A stretch of 64,000 nt of DNA from Mangrovibacter plantisponsor (GCF_003182475.1 NZ_QGTS01000001.1:167980-231979), one strand, 5' to 3'. Positions 41,216 through 53,238 are shown, numbered from the stretch's first letter. A program made the numbers and translations. The notes: a model not told the origin generated them from the sequence alone.

Positions 41216-43173
41216 CAGATAACCTCCACTGCTATTTGTCGGTCACGGATCTTTTCGGGCAAAGTACTTTTCGTTTCGCTTAATGCATCAGCTACCAGCT
41301 CAGCAATGTCTTTCACTTCTGGATGCGGGCCAACCACGCCTTCAAGCATCGCCGTGCACTGTTGGCAACCTACGGCTATCATTTCTGCCCCTGTTTTTTT
41401 GGCATCATCCATACGCATATCGGCAATTCGCCGTTCTCCAGGGATATCGGTAATCGGTGCGCCGCCACCGCCGCCACAACAGCGTGAACGAAAGCCCGAA
41501 CGTTCCATCTCCACGAGTTTAATGCCCAATTCAGCAAGCAATTCACGGGGGGAATCATACTCACCGTTGTAACGCCCCAGATAACAGGGATCATGGTAGG
41601 TCACCTTGCCACCTTTATAATCTTTCAGTTCAAGCAACTGCGCTTTAACCAGCTCATTGATAAAGGTGGTGTGGTGCATAACTTCATAGCCGGGTTTTTC
41701 CTGTTCCGGGTAGAAATCAGGGTACTCGTTCTTTAAGCAATGGAAAGCATGGGGATCGGTGGTCACAATCCGGTCAAACTGATACTGATTCAGTGTCGCG
41801 ATATTGCTCTTTGCCAGGCGTTGAAATGTGGCATCATCGCCAAGTCGCCTTGCGACATCACCACTGTCGAGCTCTTCATCTCCCAATACGGCGAAATTCA
41901 CACCAGCAGCCCGCAGAATTTTTACGAAGGCACGCAAAATACGCTGGCTGCGCATATCGAAAGCGCCATCAGAGACCCAGAACAACACATCAGCCTGTTT
42001 AACATCTTTCATTAAAGGTAAATTCTGATCTGCAGCCCAATGAGTACGGTTGCGCGGATTAAAGCCATTTGGGTTATCGGTGACTATCAGGTTATCCAGA
42101 ACCTCTGCACCTTTTCCTGGCGTCTGTCCCTTTTCCATAGTCAGAAAACGGCGCATATCGACAATGGCATCAACATGCTCAATCATCATGGGGCATTCTT
42201 CAACGCAGGCCCGGCAAGTGGTACAGGACCACAGCGTCTCTTCGCTCACTAATCCGGCAGTTATTGGTTGATGTGGTGCCCCTTTCGCCTCGCCGATTTT
42301 CTTGCCTGGATATGGGCTGCCAGCAAACCGGGCATCCGAGCCACCGGCCATGCCAGTCACCATATCCTGAATCAATTTTTTAGGATTCAGGGGTTGCCCG
42401 GCAGCAAACGCCGGACACATAGCCTCACATTTCCCGCACTGGACACAGGCATCAAATCCCAGTAACTGGTTCCATTTAAAATCAACGGGTTTCTCTACCC
42501 CTAGTTTGGGCGCATCGAGATCAAGCCGCTTGAGCCCGGTGGAACGCCCACCACCAAAACGTTCAGAACGCCGATGAAATGCCAGATGCAAAGCCCCGGC
42601 AAAAGCATGCTTCATTGGCCCGCCCCAGGCCATACCCAGTACCAGTTCACCCAGCCCCCAAATGATACCAGCCAGCAGAATGGCGGAGAGTATCCAGCCA
42701 CCAGCGTTACCAAATACCGGGGAAACAGGTAGTGTTGTAATGAAAAACGTGATGGAAAATACCAACAGGCTCTTTGGCAGGCGCATCCACGGCCCACGGG
42801 ATAACCGGGAGGGTGGATGACGGCGGCGTTTATAAACGAACAGTGCGCCAATGAACATTAAGACAAGGGAAGCCGATAACGCGAGATCGACCAGATAGTT
42901 GCTGACACCAAACAGGTTGACCACCAGGATCAACACCATGGATAAAACAAACCCCCCTGCTGTCGCCACATGTGTTTTAGACATATATTTGTCGCGTGCG
43001 ACAACATGGTGTAAGTCCACCAGATAACGACGCGGCATCGCCAGCAGACCACGCAACAACGCGACCTTTTCAGGCTGGCCACGCCGCCAGAGCAGCGCTC
43101 GCCGGATCATACCTGTTACGGCCAGGATAACGGCGCAAATAAGTAACAGGGGGAGTAACCTCTCAAGTACCAT
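41215..43173 (-). CDS. dgcB: dimethylglycine demethylase Fe-S subunit DgcB (N-terminal membrane domain, 4Fe-4S cluster motifs, CCG domains)
   Basis: CxxCxxCxxxCP motifs (CVQCGKCEAMCP, CTTCRACVEECP) and heterodisulfide-reductase-like Cys-rich domains (..CCGGGGG..). 652 aa. Confidence 0.8.
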   Translation of the reverse strand: MVLERLLPLLLICAVILAVTGMIRRALLWRRGQPEKVALLRGLLAMPRRYLVDLHHVVARDKYMSKTHVATAGGFVLSMVLILVVNLFGVSNYLVDLALSASLVLMFIGALFVYKRRRHPPSRLSRGPWMRLPKSLLVFSITFFITTLPVSPVFGNAGGWILSAILLAGIIWGLGELVLGMAWGGPMKHAFAGALHLAFHRRSERFGGGRSTGLKRLDLDAPKLGVEKPVDFKWNQLLGFDACVQCGKCEAMCPAFAAGQPLNPKKLIQDMVTGMAGGSDARFAGSPYPGKKIGEAKGAPHQPITAGLVSEETLWSCTTCRACVEECPMMIEHVDAIVDMRRFLTMEKGQTPGKGAEVLDNLIVTDNPNGFNPRNRTHWAADQNLPLMKDVKQADVLFWVSDGAFDMRSQRILRAFVKILRAAGVNFAVLGDEELDSGDVARRLGDDATFQRLAKSNIATLNQYQFDRIVTTDPHAFHCLKNEYPDFYPEQEKPGYEVMHHTTFINELVKAQLLELKDYKGGKVTYHDPCYLGRYNGEYDSPRELLAELGIKLVEMERSGFRSRCCGGGGGAPITDIPGERRIADMRMDDAKKTGAEMIAVGCQQCTAMLEGVVGPHPEVKDIAELVADALSETKSTLPEKIRDRQIAVEVI

Positions 43174-43318
43174 GATATGCCCTTTCCAAACTGTTCTCTG
43201 TTATGTGCTGCAAGTGACAAAGCCTGAATTTGTACCTGGTGACAGGTTGTTTTTCCGCATCACCAGGTATGACACTCGGGGCTTTTTCGCTGACCACTCC
43301 CAACGATAATGTCAATAG

Positions 43319-45382
43319 TTACAGGTCTTTACACAGGCGTAGCGCATCATAGATCGCCGCATGGGTATTACGCTGAGAGACACAGTCCCCCAGACGCCAC
43401 AGAATAAATCCCTCACCAGGTTCAGACAGTACCGGCTGCGGCTTGATGTCAAACAGCGCTTCGGTATCAATCTGCCCCTGGTTACGCGACTCAGCTTTCA
43501 AGGCATAATAGAGTTCTTCGTTAGGACGCGTACCGTTCTCAACCACTATCTGGTCAACCACGCGCTCCTCTTTCTGGCCGGTATATTCGTTTTCAAGCAC
43601 CGCCACCAGCTTGTCACCTTCGCGGTACACTTTTTCCAGCGCCAGATCAGACGTCATAATGACGGACTTTTCATACAGGCTGCGGTAGTAAGTCGGGAAG
43701 GTTGTCCCCCCAATCCCTACACCTGGCTTAATATCACCGGTGACCAGTTCAACCAGAGCACCACGCGAGGCAAGGAAATCTGCGGCGGACATCCCAGAAA
43801 ACTCACAGATAGAGTCATAAATCAGCACATTTTTGCCCGGCTCAACCACTCCATTGAGAATATCCCAACTGGAAACCACCAGGCCTTCTGCAGCACCCCA
43901 TTCTGGATTTTGCTCAAGGAAAGGCTGCCCGCCAGTTGCCAGAATGCACACATCCGGTTGCAGGTCACGGATCATCGCAGCATCGGCCGTTGTCCCCAGT
44001 TGAATATTGACACCGAGCCGTTCAATTTCCATCGATAACCAGCGGGTAATACCGGCCATTTGGTCACGCTGGGGGGCTTTCGCCGCAATGGTAATCTGGC
44101 CACCCAGTTCTTCTGCACGCTCAAGTAATGTAACCCGGTGTCCACGTTCAGCCGCGACCCTTGCCGCTTCAAGCCCACCAGGACCACCACCTATCACCAC
44201 CACATTACGAACAGGCCCCTGGGTTTTTTCAATGATATGTGGCAACCCCATATACTCACGGGATGTCGCCGCATTCTGAATGCACAGTACATCAAGCCCC
44301 ATATACTGCCGGTCTATGCAGTAGTTGGCCCCGACACACTGACGAATCTGATCAACCTGGTTCATTTTGATCTTGGTAATCAGATGCGGATCGGCAATGT
44401 GCGCGCGGGTCATACCAACGAAATCAACATAACCAGCTGCAAGAATGCGCTGCGCCTGGTTTGGATCTTTAATATTCTGCGCATGAATAACCGGAACAGA
44501 GACTACCTCTTTAATACCCGCAGCTAAATGCAGGAACGGTTCTGGTGGGTAGCTCATGTTAGGAATAACGTTCGCCAGGGTATTGTGGGTATCACACCCG
44601 GAGCCGACGACGCCAAAGTAATCCACCATCCCAGTGGCATCGTAGTAAGCCGCAATCTGGCGCATGTCTTCATGGTTAAGGCCATCAGGATGGAATTCAT
44701 CACCAGTAATACGCATTCCCACCACGAAATCCGGGCCGACAGCGGCACGAACTGCTTTAAGCGCCTCCAGGCCGAAACGCATGCGGTTCTCGAAACTTCC
44801 GCCCCACTCATCGGTGCGCTTATTCACACGTGGTGACCAGAACTGGTCAATCATGTGCTGGTGGACTGCTGACAGTTCCACCCCATCAAGCCCACCTTCT
44901 TTCGCACGAACGGCAGCTTTAGCGAAATCACCGATAATCCGCCAAATTTCTTCTACTTCGATGGTTTTACAGGTCGCACGGTGCACCGGTTCACGAATGC
45001 CAGACGGAGACATCAGGTTAGGCCAGTTTTCACCATCCCAGCGGGAACGTCGCCCCATATGAGTAATCTGGATCATGATTTTTCCGCCATGCTTATGCAC
45101 AGCATCTGCCAGATTCTGGAAATGCGGGATAATGCGGTCGGTGCTCAGGTTGACTGAACTCCACCAGCTCTGTGGGCTGTCAATCGAGACCACGCTGGAA
45201 CCGCCGCAAATACACAGCCCACAGCCGCCTTTCGCTTTTTCTTCGTAATATCTGACGTAACGATCTGTCGTCATCCCGCCATCGGTGGCGTAAACCTCGG
45301 CATGGGCAGTGCTGACAATACGGTTACGAATGGTCAGTTTATTAATATTCAATGGCTGAAACAGGAGATCAAACTGTGACAT
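43319..45382 (-). CDS. dgcA: dimethylglycine demethylase flavoprotein subunit DgcA (OYE-like TIM barrel plus NAD(P)/FAD-binding domain; trimethylamine dehydrogenase family)
   Basis: 687 aa. N-terminal NADH:flavin oxidoreductase domain and C-terminal GGGPGGLEAA dinucleotide motif. Confidence 0.8.
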   Translation of the reverse strand: MSQFDLLFQPLNINKLTIRNRIVSTAHAEVYATDGGMTTDRYVRYYEEKAKGGCGLCICGGSSVVSIDSPQSWWSSVNLSTDRIIPHFQNLADAVHKHGGKIMIQITHMGRRSRWDGENWPNLMSPSGIREPVHRATCKTIEVEEIWRIIGDFAKAAVRAKEGGLDGVELSAVHQHMIDQFWSPRVNKRTDEWGGSFENRMRFGLEALKAVRAAVGPDFVVGMRITGDEFHPDGLNHEDMRQIAAYYDATGMVDYFGVVGSGCDTHNTLANVIPNMSYPPEPFLHLAAGIKEVVSVPVIHAQNIKDPNQAQRILAAGYVDFVGMTRAHIADPHLITKIKMNQVDQIRQCVGANYCIDRQYMGLDVLCIQNAATSREYMGLPHIIEKTQGPVRNVVVIGGGPGGLEAARVAAERGHRVTLLERAEELGGQITIAAKAPQRDQMAGITRWLSMEIERLGVNIQLGTTADAAMIRDLQPDVCILATGGQPFLEQNPEWGAAEGLVVSSWDILNGVVEPGKNVLIYDSICEFSGMSAADFLASRGALVELVTGDIKPGVGIGGTTFPTYYRSLYEKSVIMTSDLALEKVYREGDKLVAVLENEYTGQKEERVVDQIVVENGTRPNEELYYALKAESRNQGQIDTEALFDIKPQPVLSEPGEGFILWRLGDCVSQRNTHAAIYDALRLCKDL

Positions 45383-45480
45383 AGCTACACCTTAACTCGA
45401 TTCTAAAACTCAGCCCGCCAGCATGCGGCCCCGACATTGTTATGTGTTATACGCAGCGGGTAACCACTGCGATATTCTGA

Positions 45481-46014
45481 TTACGACAATGGTGAAACTT
45501 CGAAGATGCCGAATTCACAGCCTTCCTGAGCAGCGCTTTGTGTCTGCACTGCCTGTGTTCTGACGCTGTATCCCAGGCTTTGTGCTATCTGATCCATTGC
45601 ACCGGCAAACCATCCGGTAAACATGTAATCCACCTTGCGGTTCACTTTGCCATACTGATAAACAAAGGCGGAATGCTCAAGACGGATACGTGCAGTACCC
45701 TTTTCTAAATCCAGAGACTCCGTGATAAAAAAGCCCCATCCTCGCTGAGATAAGCGCTTCATATAGTGTTCAAACACTGCAGCGCCAGAGAGCCCGTGCA
45801 ACTCAGCTTCTTTTTCACACCAGTGAAACGCGGATTTGTAGCCCGCTTTATAAAGAATTGCCGCATAGCGTTCAGCGCCAATTTCTTCTTCAATTCCCAT
45901 ATGGTTATTGACGAAGAAATGACGTGGTACGTACAACATGGGTAATGCGTCAGTTGTCCAGACCCCGGTTTCACTGTCTACGTTGATAGGCATTTCAGGT
46001 GCATGTGAACTCAT
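45481..46014 (-). CDS. conserved hypothetical protein of dgc clusters
   Basis: Start at Met24 behind AGGAG. 177 aa. Position equivalent to the small hypothetical gene between the dipeptidase and dgcA in Pseudomonas. Confidence 0.5.
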   Translation of the reverse strand: MSSHAPEMPINVDSETGVWTTDALPMLYVPRHFFVNNHMGIEEEIGAERYAAILYKAGYKSAFHWCEKEAELHGLSGAAVFEHYMKRLSQRGWGFFITESLDLEKGTARIRLEHSAFVYQYGKVNRKVDYMFTGWFAGAMDQIAQSLGYSVRTQAVQTQSAAQEGCEFGIFEVSPLS

Positions 46015-46054
46015 TTGATTCTCCTGGAAATTTGCTTCATCCACTGGTATTGAA

Positions 46055-47032
46055 TTACTCGCCCCAGACATCAGCCAGAACATTCATCCAGTTCTCACCC
46101 ATAAACTTACGTACTTGTTTTTCACTAAATCCGTGGCGTAACAACGCCTCCGTTAAATTGGGGAAATCCCCCAGGGTACGAATACCTTCCGGATTAATGA
46201 TTTTGCCGAAGTCAGTAAGATGACGGGCATAGCCTTTGTCATGAGTTAACCACTCAAAAAACGCCTGACCATGGCCCTGAGTGAAGTCGGTTCCGATACC
46301 GATTTGGTCTTCCCCCACTAAGTTGAAGATGTATTTAATCGCTTCCACGTAGTCATCGATGGTTGAGTTAATGCCCTTTTTAAGGAAAGGAGTGAACATC
46401 GTGACGCCAACAAAACCGCCATGGTCTGCAATAAATTTCAGTTCTTCATCAGACTTGTTGCGTGGATGGTCTTTCAAACCAGAAGGGAGACAATGTGAAT
46501 AACAGACAGGTTTTTTTGATGCCAGGATCACTTCCTGTGAGGTTTTTGCACCAACATGGGATAAGTCACACATGATCCCGACGCGGTTCATTTCCTCAAC
46601 CACTTCATGTCCATAACCAGAGAGGCCCCCATCGCGCTCATAGCACCCGGTGCCAACTAAGTTTTGCGTGTTGTAGGCCATTTGCACCACACCGACACCC
46701 AGCTCTTTGAACACCTGGATATACCCGAGCTGGTCTTCAAACGCATGGGCATTCTGAAAGCCCATCAGTATCCCGGTTTTGCCTTCTTGTTTAGCCCGGC
46801 GAATATCCGCAGTGGTGCGAACTTTTGTCACCAGGTCAGCATTGAGGTCAATAAGGTTGTTCATATCAACAATATTATTGACGGTGCTTTGAAAACCTTC
46901 CCAGACGGATACGGTGCAGTTCGCTGCAGTTAACCCGCCACGTCGCATATCTTCAAACAACTCGCGGTCCCACTTCGCAATCACCAACCCATCAATCACA
47001 ATGGCGTCATTATGTAATTCTGTAGCGTTCAT
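46055..47032 (-). CDS. membrane dipeptidase (M19 family)
   Basis: Start at Met49 of the ORF behind GAAGG. M19 zinc-ligand pattern (HND..VIDGL...DLSH..H..D). Confidence 0.75.
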   Translation of the reverse strand: MNATELHNDAIVIDGLVIAKWDRELFEDMRRGGLTAANCTVSVWEGFQSTVNNIVDMNNLIDLNADLVTKVRTTADIRRAKQEGKTGILMGFQNAHAFEDQLGYIQVFKELGVGVVQMAYNTQNLVGTGCYERDGGLSGYGHEVVEEMNRVGIMCDLSHVGAKTSQEVILASKKPVCYSHCLPSGLKDHPRNKSDEELKFIADHGGFVGVTMFTPFLKKGINSTIDDYVEAIKYIFNLVGEDQIGIGTDFTQGHGQAFFEWLTHDKGYARHLTDFGKIINPEGIRTLGDFPNLTEALLRHGFSEKQVRKFMGENWMNVLADVWGE

Positions 47033-47400
47033 ACCTTCCCCTTCTGTTTTCACCCACAACTGGAAGTGACCTGATGAAGACAGAATAGGGTTAACAGCAA
47101 CACTGAATTGTTCTGAAAGCGTCACTCGCCATGCAGGTAGCGTAATCCACCGCAAGAGCGGAATAATGTTCATCACATTCCAGTGGTGGCACGGATAGCA
47201 ACGTCGGTGGTGTAACCTGCAGGGAGAGAGGAAACGTAACGGACAGGATTAGGCCCCGGCAATAACCTGTCATCATGACCAGGCTACCCCGGGGTTGGGT
47301 TGCGCTGCCAGTGGGCAGCGTTAATGGAAGCAAGTATTAGCCAGCCAGGCGCTCAACTGGCACACATATTATGATTCAGAGAACTGAGCCATATGTTGCC

Positions 47401-48549
47401 CTAAATATTCTGGTTCAGAACAACAGAGCCATAAGTCGGTTCGAAACGTGCCTCGCTTAACATCCGGATTGAAGCCGATAATGCGCTTTCCTGATGCGGA
47501 CTATTCAGGCCCGGTATTTCCGTCACAACCATTTGAGTCAGCGTATTACCGCTGCCCTGGCTACGAACCCCACGCCGTTCTTCCCGGGGAGGAACACCAA
47601 GATGTTCACGGTAACACTTACTGAAATGCGGCGTTGAAACAAACCCGCAGGCCAGCGCAATTTCTATAATTGACATTGATGTTTGCTTAAGCAGCTGTCG
47701 GGCACGAAACAAACGCAGTTTCATGTAATAGCGAGATGGCGAGCAATGCAAATACTTTTGAAACAACCGCTCCAGCTGACGACGGGATAACCCAACATAT
47801 CCTGCCAGTTCGTCCAGGTCGATGGCTTCTTCAATGTTTGCTTCCATTAATGATACCGCTTCGACCAGGCCTGGTTGAGCTGTACCAAGTACATGGCGTA
47901 AAGGAATACGTTGATAATCTGACTCATTGCGCACACGGTCGCAAATGAACATTTCAGAAATCGCGGCAGTAAGTTGGTAACCAAAATCCCGATGAATCAT
48001 GGTGAGCATCATGTCCATTGGCACGGTGCCGCCACTGCTGGTCATTCGGTCACGTTCAATAACAAACAGTTGATTGGTACAAATCACTTTGGGGTAAGCT
48101 TCCTGCATGGAAGCAATACATTCCCAGTGAGCACTGCAGTGATAACCATCAAGCAGCCCTGCTTCAGCCAGTAAATAAGGCCCGGTACACACGGCTCCGA
48201 TAAGTATTTTTCTGCGTGCCAGCCCCTGTAACCAGGTTACCTGGCGCACACTGTAGCTACGGGTAATATTGACCCCACCCACAACAATCAGTACATCCAG
48301 TGCCGGTACATCAGCCATGGAGTGATCGGGGGTAATAGAAATACCATCGCTGGCCATAACGGCACCGCCGTCTTCACTTACTGTGCACCAGTTGTATAGA
48401 TCTCGGGCACTCAGTTGATTAGCCATGCGCAAAGGTTCAACAGCCGTTGCAAGGGCTATCATTGTGAAATTATTCACCAATAAAAAACCGACAGTGCGTT
48501 TTTTTATGTTTTCAGAGGAACTCTTATGAACGGTGTTCAAGTCGAACAT
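47401..48549 (-). CDS. gbdR: AraC-family regulator with N-terminal DJ-1/PfpI (GATase1-like) domain, GbdR-like
   Basis: N-terminal class-I glutamine amidotransferase-like domain and C-terminal AraC HTH (..LSRRQLERLFQKYLHCSPSRYYMKLRLFRARQLL..IALACGF..HFSKCYR..). Confidence 0.7.
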   Translation of the reverse strand: MFDLNTVHKSSSENIKKRTVGFLLVNNFTMIALATAVEPLRMANQLSARDLYNWCTVSEDGGAVMASDGISITPDHSMADVPALDVLIVVGGVNITRSYSVRQVTWLQGLARRKILIGAVCTGPYLLAEAGLLDGYHCSAHWECIASMQEAYPKVICTNQLFVIERDRMTSSGGTVPMDMMLTMIHRDFGYQLTAAISEMFICDRVRNESDYQRIPLRHVLGTAQPGLVEAVSLMEANIEEAIDLDELAGYVGLSRRQLERLFQKYLHCSPSRYYMKLRLFRARQLLKQTSMSIIEIALACGFVSTPHFSKCYREHLGVPPREERRGVRSQGSGNTLTQMVVTEIPGLNSPHQESALSASIRMLSEARFEPTYGSVVLNQNI

Positions 48550-48870
48550 TTGCGCTAACCTCTATTATGCTTCACTGAAAGAACGAAAACGGTACATTGC
48601 TCTGAATCGTTTTCCATCACTTACAGAATAAGCAACAGACGTGCCATTTGTCGTTCACATAAACGCATTTAAAATGACACGCAGTTAACATAATGGGCGC
48701 AAATGTCACAAATCAGAATATATCGATCCTCCTTATAGGTTGGTCAGCCCCAGGATCGCCAATACAGTGCAAAAACTGATTCATTTTGGATATCCCCCCT
48801 GTTTTTTGCACTATTAACGCTCTTCTGGCGTTCACCGCTCAGACTGTTTTACCAAACTCAACAGTTTTTC

Positions 48871-50247
48871 TTAACATTCAATGGCATTTACAGCCAGCCC
48901 GCCACGCGATGTTTCTTTATATTTATCCTGCATATCACGGCCAGTATCACGCATTGTACGGATGACTTTATCCAGAGAAATAAAGTGCTGGCCATCGCCC
49001 CGCAATGCCATTTGTGCAGCATTGATTGCTTTCATGGCAGCAATAGCATTGCGTTCAATGCATGGCACCTGTACCAGACCACCGACAGGATCACATGTCA
49101 GACCAAGATTATGCTCCAGAGCAATTTCAGCCGCATTCTCCACTTGTTCGGGAGTGCCCCCTAAAACCTCAGTCAAACCCGCCGCTGCCATAGCACATGC
49201 AGAGCCGACTTCTCCCTGGCACCCCACTTCGGCGCCCGAGATCGATGCATTTTTTTTACACAGTGCTCCAATTGCTGCCGCGGCCAATAAGAAATCCACA
49301 ACATCTCGTTCACTGGCATGTTCATTAAATTGCATGTAGTACATCAATACGGCGGGAATGATACCGGCGGCACCATTGGTCGGGGCCGTTACCATGCGCC
49401 CGCCAGCCGCATTTTCTTCATTCACGGCCAGTGCGTAGAGATTAATCCAGTCCATTGCCGATAACGTTGAACTGATAACATTCGCAGCCGTTGCTTTCTG
49501 CAATGAGCGGTAAAGTGACGGTGCACGACGACGCACGTTCAGCCCTCCTGGTAACACGCCTTCATTTTCAAGGCCACTGGAAATACAGGCCTGCATAACC
49601 TGCCAAATATGAGCAAGGCCAGAGCGAATTTCATCTTCATTACGCCAGACTTTTTCATTCTCAAGCATCAACTGGCTTATTCGTAATCCCTGTTCGCGAC
49701 AGCGCACGAGCAGTGCTTCCCCAGTATTGAAATCATGAGGTAATTCACACTGTGGTACCAGATGAGCAGATGCAGTCGCTTCCTGTTCATCTAATACAAA
49801 CCCGCCGCCAACCGAGTAGTAGATGTTGGAAAATGTATTGTTATCTCTGAAAAATGCTGTCAGGCGCATGGCATTTGGGTGGTACGGCAATACTTCATCA
49901 ATGAATAACAGATCAGCATGCCATTCAAATTCAATATTCGCGCCCCAGGGAAGCGTCAAAGAGTCTGTCTCACAGACAGCTTTAATTGCAGAATCAATAA
50001 TGCGTGGATCAATAGTATCTGGCGATGCCCCCATCAGCCCCAGTAACACTGCCTTATCGGTACCATGGCCTACTCCGGTCGCACTTAATGAACCGAAGAG
50101 TTCAATTTTGATTCGGTGAAGCATGTGCCGTTCATCACTTTCGCGTAATTGTTCAGCGAAACGTTGAGCTGCACGCATCGGCCCTACAGTATGCGAACTG
50201 GATGGTCCAATTCCGACCTTGAACAAATCGAAAACACTGATACTCAT
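48871..50247 (-). CDS. L-serine dehydratase (4Fe-4S L-serine ammonia-lyase, single-chain)
   Basis: 458 aa, closely resembles E. coli SdaA/SdaB ([30 protein letters not shown]..). Confidence 0.85.
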   Translation of the reverse strand: MSISVFDLFKVGIGPSSSHTVGPMRAAQRFAEQLRESDERHMLHRIKIELFGSLSATGVGHGTDKAVLLGLMGASPDTIDPRIIDSAIKAVCETDSLTLPWGANIEFEWHADLLFIDEVLPYHPNAMRLTAFFRDNNTFSNIYYSVGGGFVLDEQEATASAHLVPQCELPHDFNTGEALLVRCREQGLRISQLMLENEKVWRNEDEIRSGLAHIWQVMQACISSGLENEGVLPGGLNVRRRAPSLYRSLQKATAANVISSTLSAMDWINLYALAVNEENAAGGRMVTAPTNGAAGIIPAVLMYYMQFNEHASERDVVDFLLAAAAIGALCKKNASISGAEVGCQGEVGSACAMAAAGLTEVLGGTPEQVENAAEIALEHNLGLTCDPVGGLVQVPCIERNAIAAMKAINAAQMALRGDGQHFISLDKVIRTMRDTGRDMQDKYKETSRGGLAVNAIEC

Positions 50248-50617
50248 TATGCTCTCCAGGGCTCAAGCCAGCTGTTCGTTAATCTCGTCATGAGAGAGCA
50301 TTATCGATGCCTGCACAAAATAATTAATGCCGGATAACGACGCATTCAGATATTAACTCGCCAGCAAATACGTTTTTCATCTTTTTTGTTTATCACCACC
50401 ACGCAGAGAACCACCGATTTACCCGGCAATTAACGCCCTCCCCCCCCTTTTCCGGGTATGTCGCAAATTGACATAGCCTGGACGCTCCCAAACATCATGG
50501 ATTTGTAGGCACTGGTTATCATCACCCAACATCAGAACCAACAGATGCCTTGATTCGCTGAATCCGTCAGCTCAAGCGCACCTTTGTTATTCGGCACGAA
50601 GGGGAAGGAGAGAAAGA

Positions 50618-51883
50618 ATGTTTGCGAAGAGCGATGATATCCAGAGCTTTGATAGCGAGCTTTGGGAAGCGATACAACATGAAGCCGTGCGTCAGGAAGA
50701 GCACATTGAACTTATCGCATCCGAGAATTATACCAGCCCGCGGGTTATGCAAGCTCAGGGAACAGTGCTCACCAATAAATACGCCGAAGGCTACCCTGCC
50801 AAACGTTATTACGGTGGTTGCGAATACGTCGATATCGTTGAGAAGCTCGCCATCGAACGCGCCTGCGCACTGTTTGGTGCCGACTACGCTAACGTTCAGC
50901 CACATTCAGGCTCTCAGGCAAATGCCGCTGTTTATATGGCGCTGTGCCAGCCAGGTGACACCATTCTTGGTATGAGCCTTGCTCATGGCGGGCATCTGAC
51001 ACATGGTGCTCATGTCAGTTTTTCCGGCAAAATCTACCACGCAGTCCAGTATGGTCTGAACCAGGAAACCGGTGAAATAGATTACGACCAGGTAGAAGCA
51101 CTGGCTCTTGAGCACAAACCGAAAATGATTGTGGCTGGTTTTTCTGCTTATTCCCGTATTGTCGACTGGGCAAAATTCCGCGAAATTGCTGATAAAGTCG
51201 GTGCCTGGTTATTTGTCGATATGGCCCACGTTGCCGGGCTGGTTGCCGCTGGCCTCTACCCGAATCCTTTGCCCTGGGCAGACGTAGTAACCACTACCAC
51301 ACATAAAACCCTGCGCGGCCCGCGTGGTGGATTAATTCTGGCTAAAGCTAACCCCGAGATTGAAAAGAAACTCAACGCGGCAGTGTTCCCGGGCGGACAA
51401 GGCGGCCCTTTGATGCACGTCATCGCAGCAAAGGCCGTTGCATTCAAAGAAGCGATGCAACCAGGCTATATCGAGTATCAAACGCAAGTTGTGAAAAATG
51501 CCCGCGCAATGGCCAGTGTGTTTATTGAACGTGGTTACGAGGTTGTTTCAGGTGGTACTGATAACCACTTGTTCCTGCTGAGCCTGATTAAACAAGGGCT
51601 GACCGGGAAAGCCGCCGACGCAGCATTAGGACGGGCCAATATTACCGTAAATAAAAATGCCGTTCCCAACGATCCGCAATCGCCGTTTGTAACATCTGGT
51701 TTGCGTATTGGTGCTCCTGTCATTACTACCCGTGGTTTCGATGAACAAAGCTGCCGCACGCTGAGTGGCTGGATTGCCGACATCCTGGATGTATTACATG
51801 ACGAAGTTCGACTGGAAGAAAAAATTACCCAGGTTAAACAACAGGTCCTCAGTCTGTGCGCTGACTACCCGGTTTACCGTTAA
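50618..51883 (+). CDS. glyA: serine hydroxymethyltransferase
   Basis: Near-identical motifs to E. coli GlyA (..[18 protein letters not shown].. PLP-lysine region ..[13 protein letters not shown]..). Confidence 0.9.
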   Translation: MFAKSDDIQSFDSELWEAIQHEAVRQEEHIELIASENYTSPRVMQAQGTVLTNKYAEGYPAKRYYGGCEYVDIVEKLAIERACALFGADYANVQPHSGSQANAAVYMALCQPGDTILGMSLAHGGHLTHGAHVSFSGKIYHAVQYGLNQETGEIDYDQVEALALEHKPKMIVAGFSAYSRIVDWAKFREIADKVGAWLFVDMAHVAGLVAAGLYPNPLPWADVVTTTTHKTLRGPRGGLILAKANPEIEKKLNAAVFPGGQGGPLMHVIAAKAVAFKEAMQPGYIEYQTQVVKNARAMASVFIERGYEVVSGGTDNHLFLLSLIKQGLTGKAADAALGRANITVNKNAVPNDPQSPFVTSGLRIGAPVITTRGFDEQSCRTLSGWIADILDVLHDEVRLEEKITQVKQQVLSLCADYPVYR

Positions 51884-51974
51884 TTCTCAGATGGTCCGAA
51901 TACTACCCTGAAACATTTTCGAACCCTGTGTAGTCGTCAGCCCGCATAAGCGGCTTAGTTATGGAGTAGATACA

Positions 51975-53228
51975 ATGCAACGGTATTCTGGATTTGGGCT
52001 GCTTAAACACAGTCTGAGCTATCACGAGAACTGGCAGAAAGTATGGCGTAACCCTACACCAAAAAAGAAATATGACGTCATCATTATTGGCGGTGGCGGT
52101 CATGGTCTTTCTACCGCTTATTATCTTGCTAAAGAGCACGGTGTCACCAATATCGCGGTGCTCGAAAAAGGGCATTTAGGTGGTGGCAATATCTGCCGTA
52201 ATACCACCATTGTGCGCTCCAACTATCTGTGGGATGAATCTGCAGCACTGTACGAGCACTCAATGAAGTTATGGGAAGGGCTTTCTCAGGATCTGAACTA
52301 CAACCAGATGTTTTCCCAGCGTGGTGTCTACCACACTTGCCACACCTTGCAGGACCTGCGTACCAACGAACGTCTGGTTAACGCTAACCGCTTACAGGGC
52401 GTAGACAATGAAATGGTGTACGCAGACCAGCTGCAAAAAGAGATCCCTGCACTGGATTGCAGTAAAGATGCACGCTACCCGGTATTAGGGGCATCCGTAC
52501 AACGCCGGGGTGGTAACGCGCGTCATGACGCCGTAGCCTGGGGTTATGCCCGTGCCGCCGACAGTTTGGGTGTGGACCTTATCCAAAACTGTGAAGTCAT
52601 CGATATGGAAATCAGTGACGGTAAGATTACCGGTGTAAAAACCCGCAATCACGGCATCATCAAAGCCGACCGCGTTGGCTGTGTGACTGCAGGCAACTCT
52701 GGTGTTATGGCAAAAATGGCCGGTTTCGAATTACCCGTTGAATCACACCCCTTACAGGCACTGGTTTCCGAACCGATCAAACCTTTTCTTGATACCGTAC
52801 TGATGTCAAACCATGTCCATGGCTATATGAGCCAGTCAGATAAAGGCGATTTGGTTATCGGTGCCGGTATTGATGGCTGGGTGGGCTACGGCCAGCGTGG
52901 TTCCTACAGCATTATTGAACACACTATTCAGGCCATTGTTGAACTCTTCCCCTGCACCAGTCGCGTTCGTATGAACCGCCAGTGGGGCGGGATTGTCGAT
53001 ACTTGCCCGGATGCCAGCCCTATTCTCTCTGCCACCCCGGTCAGAAATTTATTCTTCAACTGTGGGTGGGGAACGGGTGGCTTTAAAGGTACTCCTGGGT
53101 CAGGCAATTTATTCGCCCATATGTTAGCGCACGGCAAAGCTCACCCAATCGCCGAACCGTTTTCTATGTACCGTTTTTATACCGGTGCGTTAGTTGATGA
53201 ACATGGCGCCGCTGGCGTCGCCCACTAA
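51975..53228 (+). CDS. soxB: heterotetrameric sarcosine oxidase beta subunit
   Basis: FAD motif DVIIIGGGGHGLSTAYYLA, 417 aa. Confidence 0.9.
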   Translation: MQRYSGFGLLKHSLSYHENWQKVWRNPTPKKKYDVIIIGGGGHGLSTAYYLAKEHGVTNIAVLEKGHLGGGNICRNTTIVRSNYLWDESAALYEHSMKLWEGLSQDLNYNQMFSQRGVYHTCHTLQDLRTNERLVNANRLQGVDNEMVYADQLQKEIPALDCSKDARYPVLGASVQRRGGNARHDAVAWGYARAADSLGVDLIQNCEVIDMEISDGKITGVKTRNHGIIKADRVGCVTAGNSGVMAKMAGFELPVESHPLQALVSEPIKPFLDTVLMSNHVHGYMSQSDKGDLVIGAGIDGWVGYGQRGSYSIIEHTIQAIVELFPCTSRVRMNRQWGGIVDTCPDASPILSATPVRNLFFNCGWGTGGFKGTPGSGNLFAHMLAHGKAHPIAEPFSMYRFYTGALVDEHGAAGVAH

Positions 53229-53238
53229 GGACTTAAGC

